From Alphaproteobacteria bacterium (GTDB lineage: Bacteria > Pseudomonadota > Alphaproteobacteria > GCA-2731375): a stretch of 64,000 nucleotides of DNA. The notes beneath the pieces are model-generated. The model was not told the DNA's origin. It ran no database searches and was given only the letters and a program-made list of their open reading frames with translations. The stretch is from NCBI GenBank assembly GCA_965232515.1, contig CBDDPY010000002.1:5344001-5408000 (forward strand), written 5' to 3'. Below, piece after piece: positions 38,454-49,775 of the stretch (the stretch's first letter is position 1; each line of letters opens with the position of its first letter). The translations under genes and the position numbers were made by a program.

Positions 38454-39230
38454 ATGACACTTCACAATAAACTGCTGGCGACCGCGTTCGCCGTCGGCGT
38501 CGCCGCGGCCTACGGGGCCGGCGCCACGCCGGCGCAGGCCAACGCCGGCGGCATCGAAGCCACCGCCAAGGCCGCCGCAAAGGCGAAGCAGGCCTACGAC
38601 GCGCCCGTCGAGCTCGATGTCAATTTCGTGTTCCACATCGACAACAACCTGCCGGAACAGGACGTCTTCGTCGCGCGCACGCCCGGTTCGGATCAGGTCT
38701 ACCGGCCAAACGCCGGCGAGCGCGATCTCGACCAGCCGCTCTATGCCGCCGCCAGGAAGGTAAAGCGCGATCCGTTCGACGACGCCGCGGTCGGTCCCTG
38801 GCCCAAGGGCAAGGCGCTCGGCCTGACGCTCAGCGACTGGCTGCAGGCCACCGGCGCCGGGCGCTATACCTGCCGCGACGGCGAGGGTCATATCGAGGTC
38901 GAGTTCGCCGGCCTGGTGCCGGACGGCGTCTACACCATGTGGCACTACTTCGTCGCCTGGCCGCCAACCGACCCGTTCATCGGCGCCTATTCGCTGCCGC
39001 TCGGCAGCCGCGACGGCGCGCAATCCATCTTCACCGCCGACGCCAAGGGCGACGCCCGCTTCGAGCGCCGCTTCAGGCCCTGCCTGCAGCTGACCGGCGA
39101 GCATCTCGCCGCCGGCCTCGCCATCGCCTGGCACAGCGACGGCAAGACCTACGGCGCGCGGCCGGGTGACCTGACCACGGTCTCGCACATCCAGCTCTAC
39201 AGCCGCCTGCCGCAACGTGCCGGCATGTAA
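38454..39230 (+). CDS. Secreted hypothetical protein, paralog 2
   Basis: Same RBS context (cccgaaaggaa), MTLHNKLLATAF; shared LPEQDVFV, AWHSDGKTYG, LPQRAGM. Confidence 0.8.
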   Translation: MTLHNKLLATAFAVGVAAAYGAGATPAQANAGGIEATAKAAAKAKQAYDAPVELDVNFVFHIDNNLPEQDVFVARTPGSDQVYRPNAGERDLDQPLYAAARKVKRDPFDDAAVGPWPKGKALGLTLSDWLQATGAGRYTCRDGEGHIEVEFAGLVPDGVYTMWHYFVAWPPTDPFIGAYSLPLGSRDGAQSIFTADAKGDARFERRFRPCLQLTGEHLAAGLAIAWHSDGKTYGARPGDLTTVSHIQLYSRLPQRAGM

Positions 39231-39302
39231 CGCCGGCCCAGGCCGCCGCCGGGCCGAGTTCTCCTGACGGCCCGGCGGCGGCCGCCATCTCCGAGCTGCG
39301 CT

Positions 39303-39395
39303 AATTCCGGGGACAGTAACCATAACTCCTTCGATTCTGACAAATAATTAGAGTTACTGTCCCCGGAATTAATTTCGGTGACAGTAACTCTAATT
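39303..39395. repeat. Family B repeat triplet (cgg(g/t)gacagtaac core; forward-reverse-forward)
   Basis: Units at 39303-39325, 39346-39370 (reverse) and 39371-39395. Confidence 0.85.
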
Positions 39396-39457
39396 CGAAT
39401 GGCTTCGGCGCGTCGCGCCGGTCGATCGTCGCGGCGCGTCGGGCGCGCAGTTGCTGG

Positions 39458-40336
39458 TTACCGCGGTTCCCAGACCGTGTTGCCGGCGGCCTCGATCGCC
39501 AATCGGACCGGCGCGCTGTGCGGCCGCCCGCCGACGCTGACCAGGCAGATCGTGCGCGAGACCTCGGGCTCGACCAGCGGGCGCGTCGGCAGCGCCGGCA
39601 GGATCGGCAGGTAGGCCGGCATCATCGCGACGCCGAAGCCGGCCTGCACCATGGCCTGCACCCAGTCCTCGCGCTCGCTGACATAACGCACGCTGACCGA
39701 TTCATAGGGCGGCGCCGTGCCGAGCTTCGCGAAGTTCGCGGGAAACTCGCAATGCAGCCGCTTCACATAGGGTTCGCCATCCAGCTCGCGCATCGGCACG
39801 GCCTCCATGGCCTCGAAGCGGTGTCCGGGCGGAAACGCCACCCGATACGGCTCGCGCATCAGCTCCCGCGTCCGCAGGCTGTCGTCATATCCCGGCAGGC
39901 TCATGATGGCGAGGTCGATCTCGCCGGTTTTCAGGGCCTGATCCAGCTCCGCGCAGTGGCTTTCCCAGATCCACATCTCCAGGTCCGGCGCGGCCGCCCG
40001 CAGATTGTCGAGATACTGGATCAGCGGTGTCGCCGGCATGGTTGTCATCACGCCCAGCTTCAGCCTGTCGGCCAGCCGCCGATAGCGTTGGGCCGCCTGC
40101 TGCGCCGCATCGATATTCTGCTGCGCCTCGGCCAGATGCTGCTGCATCAGGCGTCCGAGGTCGCTGAGGCTGATGATATGCCGTTCGCGGCGGAAGAGCG
40201 CGCCGCCGACCTCTTCCTCCAGCGCCTTGATCGCCCGTGTCAATGTCGGCACCGCGACGCCGCAGGCCTCCGCCGCGCGGGTAAAATTCAGGCTGTCGCA
40301 GGCCGTCAGAAAGTAGCGGATCTGACGCGCTTCCAT
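39458..40336 (-). CDS. LysR family regulator
   Basis: QIRYF..NFTRAAE..PTLTRAIKALEEEVGGALFRR. Confidence 0.95.
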   Translation of the reverse strand: MEARQIRYFLTACDSLNFTRAAEACGVAVPTLTRAIKALEEEVGGALFRRERHIISLSDLGRLMQQHLAEAQQNIDAAQQAAQRYRRLADRLKLGVMTTMPATPLIQYLDNLRAAAPDLEMWIWESHCAELDQALKTGEIDLAIMSLPGYDDSLRTRELMREPYRVAFPPGHRFEAMEAVPMRELDGEPYVKRLHCEFPANFAKLGTAPPYESVSVRYVSEREDWVQAMVQAGFGVAMMPAYLPILPALPTRPLVEPEVSRTICLVSVGGRPHSAPVRLAIEAAGNTVWEPR

Positions 40337-40605
40337 CGGTAGACCCCAACGTCACGTTCACCCCTGGCTGCGCGCGGCCGTCCCCATGGCCGCGGCAGAG
40401 ATCTACGCCCGGTTCGCGCAGACATCTTGCACATCATGCAACGAAACGTTGCCTTCGGCGACTCTGTTCGATGCCAACGATGGATGGCATGTATCCGTGC
40501 GAGGCGCGACCCGCGGGGACATGGGCCGTCGTTCGAAAACCGCCAACCCGATCCGGTGGACCGGTGTCCGCCGACAGTATTGACCAAAACCAGGAGATTG
40601 GCGTT

Positions 40606-41376
40606 ATGCGTGGACAGTTGCTCAGCATGGCTGCGGCGGCCGCAATGGTCGCGGCGTCAACATTCGCCACACCGCCGGCGGGCGCCGGCGTGATCACGAT
40701 ATCCGCCCAGTCGGGCGCCAGGGGCACGCTTCAGGACGGCAACGGCGACGGCGTCGTCGACCTCGGAACTTCCCCGGTCGACCAGTTGTTTCAGTCAAGC
40801 ATCCTCGTGCGGACGTTCCCGACCGCCGACATCGACCAGCGCGGCATCGCCGAGTTCAATATCAGCGCCGCCCGCGCGGCGATCGGGGATCCGAGCCTGA
40901 TCACCTCGGCCCGGCTGGTCCTGACCGCCTTCACCGGGCAGACGATAACGCCGCTCACGCCCAACGGCATCTCGATCACGCCGGGCTTCGAGCTGGATCT
41001 CTACGGCTATGTCGGCAACGGCATCATCGATGTCGGCGACTTCGGCCTGGGCACGCTCCTGGCTTCCCAGACGCTCGACGGCTTGAGTGAGGTCGTCACG
41101 TTCGACGCGACCGGCTTCGTCGTGCCGCAAGTCTTGGGCAGCGCCAGCTTCGTCGGCGTCAACCTGCGGACGCCGTTCGACCAGCTCATCGGCGCGACGC
41201 CGTTCGCCCAGTTCCGCACCGGGCCCGACCCGTTCCAGCCCCAATTGATCATCGAATTCGACGATCCGCCACCGCCGCCGACGGCCGACGTTCCGGCGCC
41301 GTCAGCGATCGCCGTCTTTGCGACGGGTTTGTTCGGACTGGCCGTCCTCAACCGCCGCCGTCGCCGGTCGACTTAG
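40606..41376 (+). CDS. PEP-CTERM-type sorting domain surface protein
   Basis: Signal peptide, Pro-rich linker, VPAPSAIAVFATGLFGLAVLNRRRRR C-terminus; AGGAG RBS. Confidence 0.85.
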   Translation: MRGQLLSMAAAAAMVAASTFATPPAGAGVITISAQSGARGTLQDGNGDGVVDLGTSPVDQLFQSSILVRTFPTADIDQRGIAEFNISAARAAIGDPSLITSARLVLTAFTGQTITPLTPNGISITPGFELDLYGYVGNGIIDVGDFGLGTLLASQTLDGLSEVVTFDATGFVVPQVLGSASFVGVNLRTPFDQLIGATPFAQFRTGPDPFQPQLIIEFDDPPPPPTADVPAPSAIAVFATGLFGLAVLNRRRRRST

Positions 41377-41400
41377 ATAGACGGCTTCCAAAGGCTGAAA

Positions 41401-41521
41401 AGTTCCGGGGACAGTAACCATAACTAACGTGACTCCTTCGGATAATTACGGGTACTGTCACCGGAATCAAGTCGAGGCGATCAGGCTGTCCATCTGAATC
41501 ACGGTGACAGTAACCATAATT
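41401..41521. repeat. Family B repeat triplet
   Basis: Units at 41401-41423, 41444-41467 (reverse) and 41497-41521. Confidence 0.85.
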
Positions 41522-41547
41522 CGGCAAGCCGCCACGCGCCAGGCAGG

Positions 41548-42492
41548 CTAGGTCGGCGTCTTGCTTAGAAACGCTTCGATTTCGTGACGGCGGGGCAGGT
41601 CGGCGCCGCGGCGGGCGCAGGTGAGCGCCGCGGCGGCGGTGGCGAAGCGGGCGGCGTCGGTAAGCCGCTTCGCGTCCCAGGGTTCGGCCGCGCCCTCGGC
41701 GCGCAGTGCCGAGAGTAGGGCGGCCTGGAAGGCGTCGCCGGCGCCGACCGTGTCGACGACCTCGACGGATGCCGCCGGCGTATCGACGCGCGTTTCGGCC
41801 GTCCAGACCGTAACGCCCCGCTCCGCTTGCGTGAAGGCGACGGCGCGCGCGCCGCCCGTCAGCCAATCGGCGGCCTGGCGCTCGGGATCGGCGCCGGGAT
41901 AGAGCAGTGCCATATCCTCGTCGCTGATCTTGATCAGGTCGGCAGCCGCCGCGAACAGCGCCACCCGCTCGCGCCAAAGGTCGATATCGGGCTCGACGTT
42001 CGCCCGCACGTTGGGGTCGAGCGAGATGAAGCGCCGGCCCTTCTCGCGCGTCGCCAGCGTGGCAAGCGCATCGGCCGTCGGCGGCGCAACGAGCGCATAG
42101 GACCCGAAATGCAGGCAGTCCGCTCTGCCGAGGTCCGCCGGCAGATCGGCCGCGGTCAGCGCCCGGTCCGCCGCGCCGTCGCCATAGAAGGCGTAGGCCG
42201 GCGCGCCGCCACGGCTCAGGCTGACGAGCCCCAGCGTGGTCGGCGCCGATTTCCGCACGACAAGCCGGTCGGAGACGTTCTCGGCGGCCAGCACGGCGGC
42301 CAGTCGGTCGCCCAGGAAATCCGTCGACAGCCCGGTCAGCAGCGCCGCCGGCCGGCCCAATCGCGCCAGCCCGATGGCGACATTGAACGGCGAGCCGCCG
42401 ACCCGCGCCGACAGCGGCAGCATCGGGCTCGCGGGCGCGACGTCGCCCTCCAGAAAGACGTCGAACAGCGCTTCGCCGCAGACCACGAACAT
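41548..42492 (-). CDS. PfkB family carbohydrate kinase (probable fructokinase)
   Basis: GEALFD, GGSPFNVA, DPNVR, DTVGAGDAF; last gene of the frc operon. Confidence 0.9.
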   Translation of the reverse strand: MFVVCGEALFDVFLEGDVAPASPMLPLSARVGGSPFNVAIGLARLGRPAALLTGLSTDFLGDRLAAVLAAENVSDRLVVRKSAPTTLGLVSLSRGGAPAYAFYGDGAADRALTAADLPADLGRADCLHFGSYALVAPPTADALATLATREKGRRFISLDPNVRANVEPDIDLWRERVALFAAAADLIKISDEDMALLYPGADPERQAADWLTGGARAVAFTQAERGVTVWTAETRVDTPAASVEVVDTVGAGDAFQAALLSALRAEGAAEPWDAKRLTDAARFATAAAALTCARRGADLPRRHEIEAFLSKTPT

Positions 42493-42506
42493 GGAATGCC
42501 CCGCCG

Positions 42507-43291
<785 letters not shown>

Positions 43292-43295
<4 letters not shown>

Positions 43296-44374
43296 GACGA
43301 CACCTTGCGGATCCACTGGTCCATGGCGACGGCGATGATGATCAGCAGGCCGACGGCGAACTGCTGCCAGAGTACGTCGACGCCGCCGAGCTTCAGCCCT
43401 GAGCGGAACACGCCGACGATCAGCGCCCCGATCAGCGTGCCGAGGATCGAGCCGCGGCCGCCGAACAGCGAGCTGCCGCCGATCACCACCGCGGTGATCG
43501 CATCGAGGTTGGCGTCGTAGAAGCTCTGCGGGCTGACCGAGCCGACGCGGCCGATCGCCGCCCAGCCGCCGAGCGCGCAGAGGAACCCGGCGACGCCGTA
43601 AACCGACAGCAGCACCTTGTTCACCGGCACGCCCGAGAGGCGCGCCGCGTCCGGGTCGTCGCCGACCGCATAGACGTGCCGGCCCCAGGCCGTGCGGTTC
43701 AACAGGTACCAGAACAGCGCGAACAGCCCCAGCATCAGGAACGAGCCGAAGGTGAATTGCGCGCCCATGATGCCGACCCGCTCGCCGAACAGCTTCAGCA
43801 CCGGCGCGGCCTGGTCGATGTCCTGGCTGCGGATGGTTTCGCTTTCGGAATACCAGAGATTGAGCGCGTAGAAGATGCTCCAGGTGCCGAGCGTGACGAT
43901 GAAGGGCGGCAACCGGAACACCGTCACCAGCATGCCGTTGATGACGCCGCAAGCCGTGCCGACGGCAAGCCCCAGCGGGATCGCCAGCACCGGCGGCACG
44001 CCCATGATCACGGCCAGCTTGCCCATCACCACTGAGCTCAGGACCATGATGGCGGCGACGCTCAGATCGATGCCGGCGGTCAGGATGATCAGCGTCTGGG
44101 CCACGCCCAGGATACCGATGATCGTCACCTGCTGGATGATCAGCGACATGTTGAAGGCGGAGAAGAAGTTGTTCGCCACCGCGCCGAACAGCAGCACGCT
44201 GACGATCAGCACGATCAGCGGCACCGCCGTCGGGTTGGCGTGCAGGAAATGGTGCAGCCGCTTCAGGGCCGAGACGTCGGACTCCTCGAAGGACGCGACC
44301 TCGGTGGCGCTGTTGTCCAGCGTCTGCTCGAAGGCCTGCGGACCCCGGGCCTCGGGTGTACCGGCGTCGGTCAT
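43292..44374 (-). CDS. frcC: Fructose-type ABC transporter permease
   Basis: ILTAGIDLSV, LPPFIVTLG, ITAVVIGGSSLFGGRG, DQWIRKVS. Confidence 0.85.
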
Positions 44375-44482
44375 GGTCTCGGTTCCGTCTAGGGGAGGTC
44401 AGATTCAGAGGTCAGGTCGAACGGGGTAGGGCCCGCCGCCGCGCTCAGACGCGGCGACGGATACCCCGTGATGCCCTCAGCC

Positions 44483-45529
44483 TCAGCCCCAGCACTTGCC
44501 CAGGCCGTCCTTCGACGACAGCGATGTCAGGCCGCCCACCGGCTCGTCGGTGATCAGCTCGACGCCGGTGTTGAAGAAGTCGAGGCCCGGTGTGTTCGCC
44601 GGCTTATTGCCGGTCTTCGCATATTCGACCACGGCCTCGACGCCCATCGAGGCCATCAGCAGCGGGAACTGCATCGACGTCGCGCCGATCACGCCGTCGC
44701 GCACGTTCTTGACGCCCGGACAGCCGCCGTCGACCGAGACGATCAGCACCTGCTCTTCCAGGCCGAAGGCCTTCAGCGCCTCGTAGGCGCCGGCCGCGGC
44801 CGGTTCGTTGATCGTATAGACCACGTTGATGCCGGGGTCGCGCTGCAGCAGGTTTTCCATCGCCGTGCGGCCGCCTTCCTCGGCGCCGTCGGTGACGTCA
44901 TGGCCGACGATGCGCGGATCGTCCTCGTCGCCGATGTCGTTGGGGTCCTTGAGGTCGATGCCGAAGCCCTTCATGAAACCCTGGTTGCGCAGCACGTCGA
45001 CCGTCACTTCCGATGCATTCAGGTTCAACAGCGCGATCTTGGCGTCTGCCGCCGTGCCGCCCAGCTTGGCCTTGGCCCAGGCGCCGATCAGCTCGCCGGC
45101 CTTGAAATTGTCGGTCGCCAGCGTCGCGTCTGCCGCGTCGATCGGCTGCAACGGCGTGTCCAGCGCGATCACCAGGATGCCGGCCTCGCGCGCCTTCTGC
45201 ACCGTCGGCACGATGGCCGAGGTATCCGACGGGGTAATCAAGATACCGGCCGCCTCGGCCGCGATCAGGCTTTCGATCGCCTCGATCTGCGCCTGGTTGT
45301 CGCCGTCGTACTTGCCGGCGAAGGTGCGCAGCTCGACGCCCATCGCCTCGGCCTTGGCCTTGGCGCCCTCGCGCATCTTGACGAAGAACGGGTTGGTGTT
45401 GGTTTTGGTGATCAGGCCGACGATCGGCTGGTCGCCCAGCGCCGGCGCCGCGGCCGTCACGGCGATCGCGGTCGCGCCGGCGGCGAGCAACGAAAACGCC
45501 TTCGGGAATGCCCTGTTTCGACGAGGCAT
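44483..45529 (-). CDS. frcB: Fructose-type ABC substrate-binding protein
   Basis: [40 protein letters not shown]. Confidence 0.88.
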   Translation of the reverse strand: MPRRNRAFPKAFSLLAAGATAIAVTAAAPALGDQPIVGLITKTNTNPFFVKMREGAKAKAEAMGVELRTFAGKYDGDNQAQIEAIESLIAAEAAGILITPSDTSAIVPTVQKAREAGILVIALDTPLQPIDAADATLATDNFKAGELIGAWAKAKLGGTAADAKIALLNLNASEVTVDVLRNQGFMKGFGIDLKDPNDIGDEDDPRIVGHDVTDGAEEGGRTAMENLLQRDPGINVVYTINEPAAAGAYEALKAFGLEEQVLIVSVDGGCPGVKNVRDGVIGATSMQFPLLMASMGVEAVVEYAKTGNKPANTPGLDFFNTGVELITDEPVGGLTSLSSKDGLGKCWG

Positions 45530-45641
45530 GATGACTCCTCCTCCGTTTCGACGACGCCGATCGTTGTCCTCTCGGCCGGCCCGTCTGGCGGGTCGGTGTC
45601 GGCGTGATGATGGTATCGAAGCATCGCCGCCGCAGGCCTGT

Positions 45642-45672
45642 CAATAAATAAATTAAATTACTTTATTTATTG
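45642..45672. promoter_or_regulatory. Putative ROK repressor operator
   Basis: Perfect inverted repeat caataaataaa-N9-tttatttattg between the divergent frcB and ROK genes. Confidence 0.7.
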
Positions 45673-45725
45673 TGCGCAACCGGCGGCCATGGCATGGTTG
45701 CGTCCATGCAGATGGCCTTGGTTCC

Positions 45726-46973
45726 ATGAGTGATGCCGTCCGGACAGCCGAGAAGGGCGCCGCGAACGGCGTGGGGGCCATGTCGTTCGCCCGCGGCAGC
45801 AACAACAGCGGCGTGCGCCTCTATAACGAACGGCTGGTGCTGTCGCTGATCCGCCGCTCGACGGGGCTTGCCAAGGCCGAGATCGCCCGCCGCACGGGGC
45901 TCACCGCGCCGGCGGTGATGAAGATCATCCGCCAGCTCGAGGCCGACGGCCTGGTCAAGCGCGAGGCGCCGCAGCGCGGCCGGGTGGGGCAGCCCTCGGT
46001 GCCGTTCACGCTCAACCCTGACGGCGCCTTCTCGCTCGGCCTGAAGATCGGCCGCCGCAGCACCGAGCTGGTGCTGCTCGATCTCGCCGGCAATACCCGC
46101 ACGGTCATCGAGCGCTCGTATGCCTATCCCGAGGTCGCGGCCGTCGGCCGCTTCGTCCGCTACGGCATCGATGAAGTGACGCGCGGACTGAACGCCGGCC
46201 AGCGCGCCCGGATCTGCGGACTCGGCGTCGGCATGCCGTTCGAGCTCTGGAACTGGCGCGACGAGATCGCCGCGCCCGACGGTGTGCTGGAAGCCTGGCG
46301 CGACGTCGATGTCGCCGCCGAAATCGGCGCCCATTTCGATCGCCCGGTGCATGTCAGCAACGACGCGACGGCGGCCTGCGCGGCCGAGCTCGCCTTCGGC
46401 GCCAACCGGGATTATCTCGACTACTTCTATCTCTTCATCGCCTGGTTCGCCGGCGGCGGCGTCGTCCTGAACGGCGCGCTGTTTCCGGGCCGCACCGGCA
46501 ACGCCGGCGCCGCCGGCTCGATGCCGGTCGTCGGCGCCAGCGGACGGCCGCAACAGCTGATCCGCGCCGCCTCGCTCTATCCCTTGGAACGCCGATTCGT
46601 GGAGGCCGGCCGCGACCCGACCGCGTTCTGGGACGACGGCCACGACTGGCGCACGCTCGGGCCCCAGCTCGACGACTGGATCGCCACCGCCGCCGCCGCG
46701 CTGGCCCAGGCCGCCGCCGCCGCCGCCGCGGTCATCGACTTCCAGGCCGTCGTCATCGACGGCGCCATGCCGCCGGATATCCGCGCCCGCCTGGTCGCCG
46801 AAACGTCAGCCGCCTACGCCAACCTCGACCGCCAGGGCCTCTCACCGCTCGACATCGCCGAAGGCAGCATCGGCCGCCGCGCCCGCGCCATCGGCGCCGC
46901 CAGCCTCCCCCTCATCGCCAATTTCGAGCTCGACCAGAACCTCCTCTTCAAGCACCAGCCCACCCCCGCCTGA
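45726..46973 (+). CDS. frcR: ROK family regulator (FrcR-like)
   Basis: YNERLVLSLIRR HTH, PFELWNW, NDATAACAAE; divergent from frcBCA. Confidence 0.82.
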   Translation: MSDAVRTAEKGAANGVGAMSFARGSNNSGVRLYNERLVLSLIRRSTGLAKAEIARRTGLTAPAVMKIIRQLEADGLVKREAPQRGRVGQPSVPFTLNPDGAFSLGLKIGRRSTELVLLDLAGNTRTVIERSYAYPEVAAVGRFVRYGIDEVTRGLNAGQRARICGLGVGMPFELWNWRDEIAAPDGVLEAWRDVDVAAEIGAHFDRPVHVSNDATAACAAELAFGANRDYLDYFYLFIAWFAGGGVVLNGALFPGRTGNAGAAGSMPVVGASGRPQQLIRAASLYPLERRFVEAGRDPTAFWDDGHDWRTLGPQLDDWIATAAAALAQAAAAAAAVIDFQAVVIDGAMPPDIRARLVAETSAAYANLDRQGLSPLDIAEGSIGRRARAIGAASLPLIANFELDQNLLFKHQPTPA

Positions 46974-46980
46974 ATGGCCA

Positions 46981-47071
46981 AGTTCCGGTGACAGTAACCA
47001 TAACCCCGACAGTCCATGCGTAATTAAAGTTACTGTCACCGGGTTTAATTACGGTGACAGTAACCGTAATT
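46981..47071. repeat. Family B repeat triplet
   Basis: Units at 46981-47003, 47022-47046 (reverse) and 47047-47071 (aattacggt-gacagta-accgtaatt hairpin). Confidence 0.85.
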
Positions 47072-47097
47072 CGTTTATCAAGGCGTGGACGTCGCGG

Positions 47098-47805
47098 TCA
47101 CCAGTTCTCGCCGTAGGGGCGGATCATCACGTCGAAGGTCCAGGCCGAGCGCGGCTGGTGGGCGATGCGGAAGCATTCCTCGGCGATATCGTCGGGCTGG
47201 CAGAAGAAGTCGTCCGGCTTGCCGGGCAGGCGTTCGCGCATGCGCGGCACGTCGATCACCGCGTCGACCGCCACATAGGCGACATGCACGCCCTTGGGTC
47301 CGACCGAGCGCGCGATCGCTTCGGCCAGCACCCGCTGGGCCGCCTTCGACGGCGCGAACATGGCGAAATCAGACTTGCCGCGATAGGCCGACGTGTTGCC
47401 GGTGCAGATGATGGCGCCGTGCCCCGCCGCCGCCATGTCCGGCACCAGGGCGCGAGCGAGATGCAGCAGCGCCATGGTGTTGATCTGGAAGTTGCGCTCC
47501 AGCACCTCGGGCTCGAGCGTCAGGAAATCGCCGAACGCCCCGCCGACCGCGTTGTGGATCGCCACGTCGGGCGGCCCCATCTGGTCCTTGATCAGCTTCA
47601 GGGTCGCGTTCAGCGCCTCGATGTCGGTCACGTCGCAGGGATAGGCCGTGCTGTTCGGCACATCGGACGCCATGGCGTCCAGCCGTTCCGCCGTGCGCGC
47701 GATCATCGCCACCTTGTAGCCGCCTTCGGCGAACCGCCGCACCAGCGCCGACCCCGTCCCCGGCCCAACCCCCGTCACCACGCAGGTCTTCCGATCGTCC
47801 ACCAC
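47098..47805 (-). CDS. SDR family oxidoreductase
   Basis: TGVGPGTG, HNA, FxxSK variant of the catalytic motif. Confidence 0.88.
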   Translation of the reverse strand: MVDDRKTCVVTGVGPGTGSALVRRFAEGGYKVAMIARTAERLDAMASDVPNSTAYPCDVTDIEALNATLKLIKDQMGPPDVAIHNAVGGAFGDFLTLEPEVLERNFQINTMALLHLARALVPDMAAAGHGAIICTGNTSAYRGKSDFAMFAPSKAAQRVLAEAIARSVGPKGVHVAYVAVDAVIDVPRMRERLPGKPDDFFCQPDDIAEECFRIAHQPRSAWTFDVMIRPYGENW

Positions 47806-47820
47806 CGCCTCCCTTGTCGC

Positions 47821-48462
47821 CTATGTCGGCCGCGCCAGCGCCTGCCGTTCCTGCTCCACCACCTCGCGCACGTAACAGCCTTCGATATGGTCGTTCACGA
47901 GACCCATGGCCTGCATGAAGGCGTAGACGGTGGTCGGGCCGACGAAACGCCAGCCGCGCTTCTTCAGGTCCTTGCTCATGGCTTCCGACGCCGGCGTCTT
48001 GGCGAGCGCGCCCAGCACGGCGCGGGTGAGCTCGGTCGGGCGCTCGTCCGGGCCCGGCTCGTGACGCCAGACATAGGCGGCGAGCGAGCCGCATTCGTCG
48101 CGCAGCTCACGCGCACGCTTCGCGTTGTTGATCGTCGCCTCGATCTTGCCGCGATGGCGGATGATGCCGGCGTCCTGCAGCAGACGCTCGACGTCGGTCT
48201 CGGTGAATTCGGCGACCCGGTCGATGTCGAAGCCGGCAAAGGCCGCGCGGAAGTTCTCGCGCTTGCGCAGGATCGTCAGCCAGCTCAGGCCGGACTGGAA
48301 GCCCTCGAGGCAGATCTTCTCGAACAGCCGCGTATCGCTGGTCACCGGCCGGCCCCACTCGGCGTCGTGGTAGGCGAGATAATCGTCCAGCCCGCCATGC
48401 CACCAGCACCGCGCCTTGCCGTCCGCGCCCGTCAGCAACCCGTCGTCCGCGCCATCCGCCAT
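47821..48462 (-). CDS. tag: DNA-3-methyladenine glycosylase I
   Basis: YHDAEWG, LEGFQSGLSWLTILRKRENFR, FVGPTTVYAFMQAMGLVNDH. Confidence 0.96.
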   Translation of the reverse strand: MADGADDGLLTGADGKARCWWHGGLDDYLAYHDAEWGRPVTSDTRLFEKICLEGFQSGLSWLTILRKRENFRAAFAGFDIDRVAEFTETDVERLLQDAGIIRHRGKIEATINNAKRARELRDECGSLAAYVWRHEPGPDERPTELTRAVLGALAKTPASEAMSKDLKKRGWRFVGPTTVYAFMQAMGLVNDHIEGCYVREVVEQERQALARPT

Positions 48463-48501
48463 ATACGCCCCTCGTTCGTTCGCTTGCCTTAGGTAGGGTT
48501 T

Positions 48502-48587
48502 ACCGCCAAGACGCCAAGACACCAAGGGGCAGGCAATCCGTCCGTCTGTCACGCCGCGTGATCTTGGTGCCTTCGCGTCTTGGCGGT
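48502..48587. repeat. Family C inverted repeat (ccaag 8-nt periodic arms)
   Basis: accgccaagacgccaagacaccaag / cttggtgccttcgcgtcttggcggt; 25-nt arms, 2 mismatches. Confidence 0.75.
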
Positions 48588-48760
48588 GAAATCCCCGCGT
48601 GCCAGCGTCCGCGGCGGTGCCAGATCGGCTATCAATTCGACATTTTCAGAACGATCGAAACGGCCCGGACTTCCGCCATTCTTTTTCCTTGACCGTTCCT
48701 GTGCATGGGGTTGTTCCGCGGTTCCCCGCGCGCGACGCCCCCCCCCCCCACCAAATGGGC

Positions 48761-49633
48761 TCAGTAGGGCACGTCGCCAAGAATGGTGCAGCGGCGGATC
48801 ACGCGCGCCTCGGTCGCGGTGTCGTACTCCGTCGCCCGGTGCTGCAGGCAACGGTTGTCCCAGACCACGAAGTCGCGCGGCCGCCAGCGGTGGCGGTAGA
48901 CGTTGTCGGGCCGGATGGCGAGCCGGTTCAGTTCCTCGACCAGCGGCCGGCCGGCCTCGAACGTCTCGCCGGCGATGTGCGAGGCATGGTCGCCGAGATA
49001 GAGGCACTTGCGGCCGGTCTCGGGATGGGTGCGCACGATGGGCTGGTCGACCGGCGGCACCGCGGCCCGCTGCTCCTCGGTCATCGGCTCGTCGCCGTGG
49101 CGCAGGTTGCGCGAGAAGTCGAGGCTGTGGATCGCCCTCAGGCCGGCGATGCGCTCCTTCATGCCGGCGTCCAGGCCGTCGTAGGCGGCGTACATGTCGG
49201 CATAGTGGGTCTCGCCGCCCGTCGCCGGGATGACCTCGGCATAGAGCATGGTCGCCTGGCCGGTGCGGCGCTGCCAGGAGCCGTCGGTATGCCAGGCGAG
49301 CGTGCCCTTGTCCGGATGCTTGCCCGTGGGCTTGCCGTCTTCGTCAACGTTCGACAGCCGGTAGAGCTCCGGGTGGCCGTCGGCGTGGTACTGGTTCATC
49401 ACATGCACCTGCACCTCGCCGAAGCGACGGGCGAAGTCGACATGGGCCGCCGGCGGCAAGTCCTGATCCCGGAACAGCAGCAGCTGGTAATCGAGAAACG
49501 CCCGGTAGATGGCGGCGAACAGCGCGTCGCTCATCGGCGTCGACAGGTCGACGTTCAGCACCTCGGCGCCGAGCGCCGGCGACAGCGGGCGCAGCTCGAT
49601 GGGGTGATCTGGTTCTGCCCGGGGTTGCGACAT
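48761..49633 (-). CDS. TauD/TfdA family dioxygenase
   Basis: WHTDGS, GGETHYAD, VRTHPETGRK, WDNRCLQHR. Confidence 0.93.
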   Translation of the reverse strand: MSQPRAEPDHPIELRPLSPALGAEVLNVDLSTPMSDALFAAIYRAFLDYQLLLFRDQDLPPAAHVDFARRFGEVQVHVMNQYHADGHPELYRLSNVDEDGKPTGKHPDKGTLAWHTDGSWQRRTGQATMLYAEVIPATGGETHYADMYAAYDGLDAGMKERIAGLRAIHSLDFSRNLRHGDEPMTEEQRAAVPPVDQPIVRTHPETGRKCLYLGDHASHIAGETFEAGRPLVEELNRLAIRPDNVYRHRWRPRDFVVWDNRCLQHRATEYDTATEARVIRRCTILGDVPY

Positions 49634-49775
49634 GATGTCCGGTTCCTCCCACTTCCCATGTTTCCGCAAAGTTGTCATTCCTGCAACGACGTTGACAGGG
49701 TCGGCGCTGACGGTCGAAAACCGGAGGCGAGATCCCTGACATCGAACAAACAACGCCAGCAACGGAGAGAGCGTC

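Noticed and set aside
39303-39395. Family B triplets as mini-CRISPR arrays or integron attC sites
   Set aside because: Units alternate in orientation with irregular spacing; there is no cas or integrase gene, and I could not identify attC core sites.
48738-48749. C12 homopolymer as a phase-variation switch
   Set aside because: It lies just downstream of the TauD stop, outside any supported CDS or identified promoter; it may be neutral or a sequencing artefact.
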